A stretch of 59,100 nucleotides of DNA, taken from positions 1-59,100 of the forward strand of contig JBGTIB010000234.1 in the NCBI GenBank assembly GCA_041745875.1. The letters are read 5' to 3'. The notes beneath the pieces are model-generated. The model was not told where the DNA came from. It made no database searches and saw nothing but the letters and a program-made list of their open reading frames with translations. Made by a program: the position numbers and the translations under genes. Positions 1-10,000 of the stretch are shown piece by piece. Source of the stretch: Flavobacteriales bacterium. GTDB taxonomy: Bacteria; Bacteroidota; Bacteroidia; Flavobacteriales_F; PHOS-HE28. How positions within the stretch are numbered: position 1 is the stretch's first letter; each line of letters begins with the position of its first letter.

Positions 1-963
1 CACGCCTGTGCCCTTTTCCGCGATGATGCCCTTGTAGAGTTCATCGCTGGTGCAGTCCGGCACATCGTGGCCGATGTAGGTGTGGTTGTCGCAGTGCGTG
101 CTGCCGTTCAGGACGTACACGCCGTTCAGTTCGGCATGTGCTTCTGGACCAGCGAGCGCGATGTTCACTTCATTGCGGACCAGCCCGCCATGCAGTGTCG
201 TGGTGTCGATGCTGAAGCGGCCTTTCGCACCAATGCTCACGCCATCGAGGCCGATGTGCGCGGGTCCGTTGGCTTCGTTCTGTAGCAGGTGGATGGTGAG
301 CTTCGCGCCTTCACCGACCACACTTTCGCGGATGCTGTTGACGAGCGTCGTGGCTGTCACTCCGAGCGCAGCCGAGGAGTAGACAGCCTCGATGATCACC
401 TCTACTCGGGCGCCTTCATGCAGCATGAACAGGTCGCGTGGTTGGATCAGTTGGCCGCTATCGGTGGTGATGTGCAATACATGGATCGGCTTGCTGGTCT
501 TCGTGCCTTTGGTCGCGAGGATGATCAGACCGTCGGTAGGTGCGGCGGTGTTCATCGCCGTGAAGAGGCGATCACCGGTCGGTGCCAGCGTGCCGTAATG
601 CGCCTTCACCGGCCCATGCGAAAGGTGGTGTTTCAAGCTGTCGATGACGATGCCCTTGTCGGCCTTGAGGTCATCGCTGAGGTCCGCACGGAAATGGCCG
701 TTGACGAAGACGACGCGGGTGGTGTCGAAGGGCAAACGGTCCGGTAGTGAAACGGTCGCTTCGCCTTTCGGTGCGACATACGCATCCTTGAACAGCTTGC
801 CGACGCGGGTGTATTTCCAGGCCTCGGATTTCACGCTGGGGATGGGCAGCGTGTGTAGCTGTGCCAATGCTTCGGCTGCGTTGGGCCAGGTGGAGCCTTC
901 GAGCAGCGGGAGCACTGTGTCCTTGGGGTCGGTGGCGGTGAGGGTGTTCATGGGTTCATCCAT
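1..963 (-). CDS. sufD: Fe-S cluster assembly protein SufD (3' end runs off the window)
   Basis: Hand translation of both ends from ATG at 963 (alternative 951) gives PIPSVKSEAWKYT and HCDNHTYIGHDVPDCTSDELYKGII, in the same frame; follows sufC. Not in the ORF track. Confidence 0.92.
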   Translation of the reverse strand, partial: MDEPMNTLTATDPKDTVLPLLEGSTWPNAAEALAQLHTLPIPSVKSEAWKYTRVGKLFKDAYVAPKGEATVSLPDRLPFDTTRVVFVNGHFRADLSDDLKADKGIVIDSLKHHLSHGPVKAHYGTLAPTGDRLFTAMNTAAPTDGLIILATKGTKTSKPIHVLHITTDSGQLIQPRDLFMLHEGARVEVIIEAVYSSAALGVTATTLVNSIRESVVGEGAKLTIHLLQNEANGPAHIGLDGVSIGAKGRFSIDTTTLHGGLVRNEVNIALAGPEAHAELNGVYVLNGSTHCDNHTYIGHDVPDCTSDELYKGIIAEKGTGV

Positions 964-990
964 TGATAGCGGGCGACGCAGGCGTCGCCA

Positions 991-1739
<749 letters not shown>

Positions 1740-1740
<1 letters not shown>

Positions 1741-2270
1741 TACAAGCTTGTTTCTTTCTTGAGTGTGTTACCACCTTCGCTCCACCACTTCCGAATGTCC
1801 ACCATACGCGCGTCATCGCTGAAAGGACAGGTCTTAAGAGGGGGATAGGATGTGCGGAAGCGGTATGCATCGATTATGTCCATTGCGTGGCCACCTATTG
1901 TGGCGTGTTCGTCCTCATAAACCCAGTGCGATGAGAATACTGACATTACGCAGCACGCTCGTTCGTTCGAGTTCATTTGATCCAACAAGGCGGGAATATT
2001 AGTGCGCTTGATCCAGTCCGGATCGGCTTGTGCATAGACCAGAAGTCGCCTGTCTTTATTCTTGGGAGCGCTGGCGTGAAGTGTTTTCAAGTAGCTCAAT
2101 GCATCGAGACTATTTATCGGATGAACATCTCCAAGGATCGTCCTGATGGTATCTGATGAATTCATCGAGCTATCACTGGCGCCTTCCTGCTCCGCAGAGT
2201 TTGATTGCGGAGGCTGCCCACATGCGAACAGAGTGAGCAATAGCATGGGGTATATCCAGCAAGCGCTCAT
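1740..2270 (-). CDS. Hypothetical lipoprotein (176 aa) inserted between sufB and sufC
   Basis: C-terminal half of track ORF 1740..2777. ATG at 2270 overlaps the sufB stop (ATGA); its TAA overlaps the sufC ATG (TAATG); lipobox-like LLLTLFAC; visibly lower GC. Confidence 0.75.
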
Positions 2271-3715
2271 CCTACGCTTCCTTCGAGTGAAACAGCGAGG
2301 AGCTTCTGAGCCTCCACTGCAAATTCCATCGGCAGTTGATTGAGCACCTCTTTGCAATAGCCGTTCACGATCAGGCTTACAGCCTTCTCCGTCTCGATCC
2401 CACGCTGGTTGAGGTAGAAGATCTGGTCCTCCCCGATCTTGCTCGTCGTGGCTTCGTGCTCCACCATGGCGCTGGGGTTCTCGCTCTCGATGTAGGGGAA
2501 GGTGTGTGCGCCACAGCGGTCGCCGAGCAACAGTGAATCGCACTGGCTGAAGTTGCGGGCACCCTTCGCTCCCTTGCCGATCTTCACCAGGCCGCGGTAG
2601 CTGTTGTTGGAATAGCCCGCGCTGATGCCCTTGCTCACGATGGTGCTCCTGGTGCCCTTGCCGATATGCACCATCTTGGTGCCGGTGTCGGCCTGCTGAC
2701 GGTTGTTGGTCACCGCCACGCTGTAGAACTCGCCGATGCTGTGGTCGCCTTTCAGGATGCAGCTGGGGTACTTCCACGTAATGGCGCTGCCGGTCTCCAC
2801 CTGCGTCCAGCTGATCTTGCTGCGCTCGCCGAGGCAGATGCCACGCTTGGTGACGAAGTTGTAGATCCCGCCCTTGCCCTCCTTGTCGCCGGGGTACCAG
2901 TTCTGGACGGTGCTGTACTTGATCTCGGCGTCCTTCAGTGCGACCAGCTCCACCACGGCAGCATGTAGCTGGTGCTCATCGCGGATGGGTGCCGTGCAGC
3001 CTTCGAGATAGCTCACGTAGGCGCCTTCATCGGCGATCAGCAGCGTGCGCTCGAACTGGCCGGTCATGGCCTCGTTGATGCGGAAGTAGGTGCTGAGCTC
3101 CATGGGGCAGCGCACGCCCGGCGGAATGTAGCAGAAGCTGCCATCGCTGAACACGGCGCTGTTGAGCGCGGCAAAGTAATTGTCCGTGCGCGGCACCACG
3201 CTGCCGAGGTACTTTTTGATCAGCTCGGGATGGTTGTGTACCGCTTCGCTGAAGCTGCAGAAGATGATGCCCTTCTCCTTCAACGCGGCTTGGAAGGTGG
3301 TCTTCACGCTCACGCTGTCGAACACCACGTCCACGGCCACACCGACCAGGCGTTTCTGCTCTTCCAAGGAGATGCCCAGCTTCTTGAAGGTCTCGATCAA
3401 TTCTGGGTCCGCTTCATCGAGGCTGCTTAGTTCCGGCTTCTTCTTTGGTGCGCTGTAGTAGTAGGCGTTCTGGTAATCGATTTTGGGGTAGTGGACGTGC
3501 GCCCAGTGCGGCTCCTCCATCTTCTGCCAGATGCGGTAGGCCTCCAGCCGCCATTCCAGCATCCACTCGGGCTCGTTCTTCTTCGCGCTGATGAAACGCA
3601 CGATGTCCTCGCTCAAGCCCTTGGCGGCCTTATCACTCTCGATGTTGGTGATGAAGCCGTAAGCGTACTCCTTCTCGGTTACCTCGCGGAGGATATCGTC
3701 GGTTTCTTGTGCCAT
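2267..3715 (-). CDS. sufB: Fe-S cluster assembly protein SufB
   Basis: [51 protein letters not shown]. Confidence 0.98.
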   Translation of the reverse strand: MAQETDDILREVTEKEYAYGFITNIESDKAAKGLSEDIVRFISAKKNEPEWMLEWRLEAYRIWQKMEEPHWAHVHYPKIDYQNAYYYSAPKKKPELSSLDEADPELIETFKKLGISLEEQKRLVGVAVDVVFDSVSVKTTFQAALKEKGIIFCSFSEAVHNHPELIKKYLGSVVPRTDNYFAALNSAVFSDGSFCYIPPGVRCPMELSTYFRINEAMTGQFERTLLIADEGAYVSYLEGCTAPIRDEHQLHAAVVELVALKDAEIKYSTVQNWYPGDKEGKGGIYNFVTKRGICLGERSKISWTQVETGSAITWKYPSCILKGDHSIGEFYSVAVTNNRQQADTGTKMVHIGKGTRSTIVSKGISAGYSNNSYRGLVKIGKGAKGARNFSQCDSLLLGDRCGAHTFPYIESENPSAMVEHEATTSKIGEDQIFYLNQRGIETEKAVSLIVNGYCKEVLNQLPMEFAVEAQKLLAVSLEGSVG

Positions 3716-3792
3716 CTATTGAGCCAGTATGCGTGCAAGTCGACCCAGTGGGTCGACGGTACGGGTGCGTATTTGAGAGCCTTGCGCCATGC

Positions 3793-4119
3793 TTAGATGC
3801 TGAAGCTTTCTCCACAACCACACGTCCGGTTAGCATTGGGGTTCACGAATTGGAAGCCTTTGCCGTTGAGGCCTCCGCTGAAGTCGAGGGTGGTGCCGAG
3901 CAGGTAGAGCAAGCTCTTCTTGTCAACCACCACCTTCACGCCGTTGTCCTCGAAGACCTTGTCGCCGTCCTTCATCTGGTCGTCGAAGTCCAGGTCGTAC
4001 ATCAGGCCGCTGCAGCCGCCGCCCTTCACGCCTACGCGCACAAAGTGGTCCGGCCCGCGGCCTTCCATGCCGAGGAGCTTGGTGACCTCGGACTTGGCGT
4101 TCTCAGAGACTTTGATCAT
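3793..4119 (-). CDS. sufA: A-type Fe-S carrier (HesB/IscA/SufA family)
   Basis: GGGCSG and NPNANRTCGCGESF motifs; first gene of the suf operon. Confidence 0.93.
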   Translation of the reverse strand: MIKVSENAKSEVTKLLGMEGRGPDHFVRVGVKGGGCSGLMYDLDFDDQMKDGDKVFEDNGVKVVVDKKSLLYLLGTTLDFSGGLNGKGFQFVNPNANRTCGCGESFSI

Positions 4120-4130
4120 GGTCGTTTCGC

Positions 4131-4153
4131 TTGTTTAGAATTCGTCTAAATAA
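4131..4153. promoter_or_regulatory. Candidate repressor operator of the suf operon (9-5-9 inverted repeat)
   Basis: TTGTTTAGA-ATTCG-TCTAAATAA, an AT-rich dyad with one mismatch, between the promoter box and the sufA start. Confidence 0.7.
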
Positions 4154-4164
4154 GCATCGGAGCG

Positions 4165-4172
4165 CAAAGGTA
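4165..4172 (-). promoter_or_regulatory. Bacteroidota -7 promoter element for the suf operon
   Basis: TACCTTTG on the minus strand matches TAnnTTTG. Confidence 0.65.
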
Positions 4173-4263
4173 CGCCCCGTGAACCGTGCGGCCAAAGGGC
4201 GGAAGTAAACAGAACCAAGCACCGACTGGTTCGACCGGAGGCCGATGTCGAACTTTGCCGCCC

Positions 4264-5307
4264 ATGTCCGACACCCCCTCCCGCACCGAACTCTCTGCCC
4301 TGGGCGAATTCGGCCTCATTGAGCGCCTTGCCATGCGCATACAATTGCAGCAAGCTTCCTCTGTGAAAGGCATCGGAGATGATGCTGCGGTCATCGACTC
4401 CGAAGGACTTCATCAGGTGGTCACCACGGATATGCTGGTGGAAGGCGTGCACTTCGATCTGGGCTACGTGCCACTGAAGCATCTGGGCTACAAGGCCATC
4501 GTGGTGAACCTCAGCGATGTGTACGCCATGAACGCCACACCCCGGCAGGTGACGGTGGCGCTGGCCCTCAGCAATCGCTTCCCTGTGGAGGCGGTGGATG
4601 AACTCTACGAAGGCATGCTGCTGGCCTGCGCGCACTACGGTGTGGACCTGGTGGGTGGCGATACATGCAGCAGCACCAGCGGGCTCATCATCAGCATCAC
4701 GGCCATCGGCGCAGCACGCCCGGAGGACCTCGTGTACCGCAGCGGCGCCAGTGACAACGATCTCTTGGTGGTGAGCGGTGACCTGGGTGGCGCTTACATG
4801 GGTCTGCAGATCCTGGAGCGCGAGAAGGCCGTATTCACCGAGTCCGGCGCCCAGCCCGACCTCGAAGGCCACGACTATATCCTGGAGCGCCAACTGAAAC
4901 CCGAGGCCCGCAAGGACATCATCGAATTGCTGAAGAAGTTGGAGGTGAAGCCCACGGCCATGATCGACATCAGCGACGGCCTGGCCAGCGAAGCGCTCCA
5001 CATAGCGCGCAGCTCAGGCCTCGGCGTGCGCATCTACGATGAGAAGTTGCCCATCGATCCCACCACGTACAGCGCGGCGCGCGACTTCAACCTGGACCCG
5101 TCCACCTGTGCGCTGAACGGCGGTGAGGACTATGAGTTGCTGTTCACCATTGCCCAAGGCGACTTCGAGAAGGTGAAAGGCAACCCCAGCTTGAGCATCA
5201 TCGGGCACATGACCGACGCAGGGAGTGGAACGCGCTTGGTGGATCGGCAGGGAGGCGAACATGAACTCACGGCGCAGGGCTGGGACGCGTTCCTGAGAAA
5301 GGGCTAG
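4264..5307 (+). CDS. thiL: Thiamine-monophosphate kinase
   Basis: GEFGLI, GIGDDAAV, TTDMLVEGVHFD, NLSDVYAM, IDISDGL, GGEDYELLFT; start moved to ATG 4264. Confidence 0.96.
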   Translation: MSDTPSRTELSALGEFGLIERLAMRIQLQQASSVKGIGDDAAVIDSEGLHQVVTTDMLVEGVHFDLGYVPLKHLGYKAIVVNLSDVYAMNATPRQVTVALALSNRFPVEAVDELYEGMLLACAHYGVDLVGGDTCSSTSGLIISITAIGAARPEDLVYRSGASDNDLLVVSGDLGGAYMGLQILEREKAVFTESGAQPDLEGHDYILERQLKPEARKDIIELLKKLEVKPTAMIDISDGLASEALHIARSSGLGVRIYDEKLPIDPTTYSAARDFNLDPSTCALNGGEDYELLFTIAQGDFEKVKGNPSLSIIGHMTDAGSGTRLVDRQGGEHELTAQGWDAFLRKG

Positions 5308-6866
5308 GCCGCACGCTTCGCGCGTAGGGCGCGCTCCTGTACCGCATCGGCGAAATAGTTGGCGCCCAGCTTGCTTTCAGCCCATGCGATCGGGTCCAGA
5401 TGGTCGAAAACGACCTGTTCCATCGGGTCCGCCTCGATCGGCCGTAGTTCTTCCAGGAATTGTTGCAGGACTGTGGTCCTGGCCATGCCGGGCCCCGCCT
5501 TCAACAATGCGCGCATCATTTTCAGGAAGAGCAATTCAAAGCGATGCGTACGATGACGTGTGTGAAGGAATCGCTCCGTGTTGCGCAAGGTATAGGGGAT
5601 CTGGTCGTGCTTCCCGGACTCCCATAGTCCCAGTATATGGAGGATGCGCCCGAAGCAGACGATCTCCGTGCTTTCATCGATATGCACCTCGTTGAGCAGG
5701 CGATGGACCCATTTCAACGACTGATCGACCTGTCCGGCACCGAAGTAGATGTATGCGATCTGGTACAGGAAGCCGGCCTTGCGTACGGGTCCGATGCGGT
5801 CCTCTTGCGCTGCAAGACGGCGCTCCACCCCGGGCAGCAGATCCAAGGCCTTGGAAAAGGATCCCACCTGGCAATGCATGGACAGCTCAAGACTGGTGCT
5901 GGTGCTGAAGAGCTTGAGTTCCAAGTCCTCGGTCTCGGGCATGCCCCATGTCATGGGGATGGAACGGAATTCACGAAGCACGCTTTGTGCCTCGTCATAG
6001 CGCCCTGTGCGGATGCACACGTAGGTGAGATTGCTCAGCACACCAAGGACGGCGCTGGGCTCATCCACGAACCGGTCCATTTCCGTTGCGAGCAGATCGC
6101 GGTTCGCGTGCAGATGCTTGTAGCACACTGACAGGTCGCCGAGGGCGAAGGATGCAGCGCTATGTATGTGGTGATACAGGTATCGTGCCTTCGCGGTACG
6201 CAGTTTCGTCCGGTCGCTCAGCAAGGGATGATCCAACAGTTGACGTACCTCTTCGCAACCTGCCGTATCACGGGCCTGTCCGCGCGTATAGAGCGCAAGG
6301 AGCACTCCGCTTTTCAGGTGCCAGAGCTTGTCGAGCTCCTCCAGTTCATCTCGTAGGGTACGACCATTTTCCGCTAGATCTTCAAGCATTCCAGGTTCCG
6401 CGGAAGCATAATTGTTGCCTTCGAGTAGCCGCCGCTCCCATTCCAGAACGGCACACAGTATGGCCTGGCGGTCATGCTGTCGAGCCGATCGTGCCACACC
6501 GGCAAGCACCTTGGCGGCATCATCATACAGTGCCCTTTGGTGAAGGATCTCCACGTGATGCAGTGACCGGCCCAGTCGTGCATCGATGGAGGTTTCGGCG
6601 TGAAAGGCGTCGAGGCTGCGGAGGACGCTTTCGTACAACCGTCGTTTGGTGATCGCGAAGCGGTTGGTGAACGCCTCTTCCGCGAACCGTTGCACCAGTG
6701 CCTCCTCGTCATAGTGTGCCATTGCTGCAATGGCGTCGAAGAGCTTATGTTGAATGCAGTGTCTCCCGGCCATACCCCGTCCAGTGTGGACCTTGTAGTA
6801 GCGCTTTTCGGCGCGCGACATGCTGCGTACCAATCGGTGCACATGGTCGTGGGCCTTGTGGGACAT
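5304..6866 (-). CDS. Conserved hypothetical alpha-helical (TPR-like) protein
   Basis: 520-aa ORF; N-terminus LVRSMSRAEKRYYK resembles a Bacteroidota family of unknown function; helical repeat character. Confidence 0.7.
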   Translation of the reverse strand: MSHKAHDHVHRLVRSMSRAEKRYYKVHTGRGMAGRHCIQHKLFDAIAAMAHYDEEALVQRFAEEAFTNRFAITKRRLYESVLRSLDAFHAETSIDARLGRSLHHVEILHQRALYDDAAKVLAGVARSARQHDRQAILCAVLEWERRLLEGNNYASAEPGMLEDLAENGRTLRDELEELDKLWHLKSGVLLALYTRGQARDTAGCEEVRQLLDHPLLSDRTKLRTAKARYLYHHIHSAASFALGDLSVCYKHLHANRDLLATEMDRFVDEPSAVLGVLSNLTYVCIRTGRYDEAQSVLREFRSIPMTWGMPETEDLELKLFSTSTSLELSMHCQVGSFSKALDLLPGVERRLAAQEDRIGPVRKAGFLYQIAYIYFGAGQVDQSLKWVHRLLNEVHIDESTEIVCFGRILHILGLWESGKHDQIPYTLRNTERFLHTRHRTHRFELLFLKMMRALLKAGPGMARTTVLQQFLEELRPIEADPMEQVVFDHLDPIAWAESKLGANYFADAVQERALRAKRAA

Positions 6867-6971
6867 GCTGCGAAATTGTCCTGGGGGATAGGTCACGGTC
6901 CCAAGACACCGAGAAAGTAGTGCTGGCGGCCAGGTCGGTACCCCTGCTCTGCGAGGAACGGTGACGACCTG

Positions 6972-7006
6972 AAAAGGAACGGCCCGGGGATCACCCGGGC
7001 CGTTCC
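6972..7006 (-). terminator. Rho-independent terminator of the adhesin gene
   Basis: 13-bp stem GGAACGGCCCGGG/CCCGGGCCGTTCC followed by TTTT on the minus strand. Confidence 0.75.
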
Positions 7007-7028
7007 AGCGTTGATCGGCGGTATCGGA

Positions 7029-10000
7029 TCAGCGCAACACTTGGATATGTCCCATAAGCTCCTGTTCCATGCCAAGGCGACCATTCACATCTTCCAGGAA
7101 GCGATACCGGATCCGCCACACATACACGTCGTTCTTCACCACCTCGCCCCGGTACGTGCCGTCCCAACCGATGTCCGGGCTGTTGCTTTGGAACATCACG
7201 CCGCCCCAACGATCGAATACTAGCAGTTCCATGCTCGCGATGTTCTTCCCCACCGGAATGAAGATGTCGTTGATGCCGTCACCATTGGGCGTGAAGGTGT
7301 TGGGCAAGTAAATGGCGGAAGGGCAATACTCATTGACCTCGACCGAATCTGTCAAACTACACGCGAAGTCATTGGTGATCTTCACAGTGTACCATCCATA
7401 CCGATCAACGGAGATGCCCTGCGTGGTCTCGCCGGTGCTCCACAGGAATTCGGCTCCAGCATTGCCCGCATCGAGGTACACTTCACGGGGCTCCTCATCC
7501 AGGCAGACGTAATGGATCCTGGTGTGTATCCGATCGGGTACGGGATCGAAGTGGACATATATCGAATCGCCACGGATACAATAGCCGTTGTTCACCAGCA
7601 CGTGATAAAGGCCTGAGCTGGTCACGGCCAATGTGGATGACGAGGAACCTGTGTTCCAAGTGTAGGTGTTGCCTGGACCACCAGCATGAAGCTCAAGCGT
7701 TTCGCCAGCACAGTGTACGGCATCCTGGCCAAGGTCCACCACAGGCGGCGCGACCATTTCCACAGTGGACGAGAATGTTCCGGTACATCCATGGATGTTC
7801 GTTACAACCACACCATAAGTGCCGCTTGCGGTGGGCTGAATGGCCTGTGAAGTGGCTCCCGTGCTCCACAGGAATTCGCCTCCCGGGTTCCCGGCATCCA
7901 ACGTGATCGACTGATCCTCACATGTTGTGATGTTCGATAAGGCATTGGTGGGGGCGGGTAGCACGATCAGGTCGATGACATCGCTTGCACTGCACCAACC
8001 GTTGCTCACGGTCACACCATAGGTTCCGGAAGATCCGGTGTTCAATGTTTGCCCGTTGCTTCCGTTGCTCCATGTGAAAGAGGCACCCGCATTTCCAGCA
8101 TCCAGCACCACGGAGTTCCCTGCGCAGATACTGGTATCATTACCCAGGAAAACGTTCAATGTGGGCATCAGGGTCACCGTCGCGGAGAAAGTGGCACTGC
8201 ATGCCTGGGGGGTGGTGACGGTAACGCTGTAGATGCCACTGGTCGCGGGTTGGATACTCGGTGTGACGTCTCCGGTGCTCCAGACATAACTACTTCCGGG
8301 GTTGCCAGCGTTGAGCACGGGGGGGCTATCCATGCATGCGGTCTCATCCTGAAGGTTGTTCACGGGCAGGGGGTTGAACTGCACGGTCGCTTGATCCGAG
8401 GCCGCGCATCCGTTCGCGTTCGTTACGGTCACGCCATAAGGACCTGAACTGGTCACGCTGATCTGTTGAACACTGGCTCCCGTGGTCCATGCATAGGTGG
8501 ATCCCGGGTTACCTGCGTTCAGCACATGTGCTGTCGCACCACACAAGGACACATCCGGCCCGATGTCCACCGTGGGTAGTTCGAACAACGTGACATTGAA
8601 GGTGGTGATCGCCGTACATCCTTGCGCATCGGTGATCGTCACCGTATGTGGACCACTAGTACCTGGTATGATGCTTTGGCTCGTCGCACCCGTATTCCAG
8701 GCATAGGATGTACCCGCTGCCGGCGCTGCAAGTGTCGGCGGAGCATCGGCACACCCGCTGGCCTGAAGTTGGGCAGGAACACCATCGAACGCGCGTGTGA
8801 TGATCACCGCGTCGCTCACGCTGCAACCGTTCTGGTCGGTAACGGTCGCGGTGTATGTGGCCGAAGCGTCCACCAGGATCGAAGGCGTCTGGATGTTCGC
8901 TGCATTCAGGTTGGACGCGGGGCTCCAGCTGTAGGCAGCATTGGGAACATTGTGCTGGACCCCCAATTGATGGCCCAAGGCTGTGCACAGCGTAACGTCC
9001 GGCCCGACGGTGGCCGTGTAACCTGTGTTCACCACGATGGTAACGCTGGAGGATAATGAGCACCCGGAAGGGATGTCCGTCACGGTACAGAGATAGGTTG
9101 TTGTGCTGGTGGGAGTGGCCACTGGGGCGGGGCTCGAGGGATCGTTCAACGAACCAGCATTGTTCCAACTATAGCTCAGGTTCGCTCCGCCGCTGGCCAG
9201 TGCATTGAGCATCGTGCTCTGTCCCTGGCAAAGCGTGTCATTGGTCACGATGATGCTCAAGTCCAGTAGTTGGCCTACTGTAATGGTGACCTGATCGGTC
9301 GCACCGCATCCGGTGGCACTGAGCGCGGTCACGGTGTAAGTGGTGGTCTCCTGCGGGGTCACTGTAGGGTCAGGTACCGTGATGTTACTGATGGTGCCAT
9401 TGTTCGGCGACCATGACCAGTCGAGGTCGAGGGTCGTATTGGCAACGGCAAGGAGTTGTATTCCCGCAACTGCACAGAGTATGGTGTCATTGTTCACCGA
9501 CAGGTCGAAGGCGGGCTCCACCAGTACGAGCACGGAATCGCTGTACTGGCATCCGGCGGCCGGGTCGGTACCAAGGATCTTGAACCAGCCGGTCCCCGTC
9601 GGGGATGCCTGGGTGGTGGGGTCGGTGGGGTTTGTTACCGAGGCAGGCAACCACTGGTAGTCCAACCAATCATTGTCCACGGCGATGACCATGAAGTCGT
9701 CCACCGCCCAGTTATCCTGACCTGCCCCGGAATGTGTCAATTGCCGTAGGCGGAGCATGGTGTTGGTCGTCAGTGCTGCGGAAGGAAGCGCGAGTTGGAT
9801 GGGAGTGAACCCCGGGTAAGCGTTCTCCTGGAATGTGGCAATGTTGTTCCAAGCGAATCCATTGTTGTTGGAGTACTCCAGCACGACATCTTCACCGGGG
9901 TTCGCGTCGGAGCAAGGAGCCACCCCATCCGCGATCTTCAAATGGAACCGTACCTCTCCACCGTTCTGTGTATTGAACCCGATGGTCTGTGCATAGCGCT

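Noticed and set aside
2271-2777. N-terminal extension of track ORF 1740..2777
   Set aside because: Lies in an alternative frame of sufB; the real start is most likely the coupled ATG at 2270.
3739-3757. Palindrome GTCGACCCAGTGGGTCGAC between sufA and sufB
   Set aside because: Single short hairpin with no second copy seen and no U tract; not enough to call.
7320-9600. Repeated motifs in the adhesin as a possible CRISPR or DNA repeat array
   Set aside because: Repeats are degenerate, protein-level Ig-like units; there are no identical DNA repeats with spacers and no cas genes.
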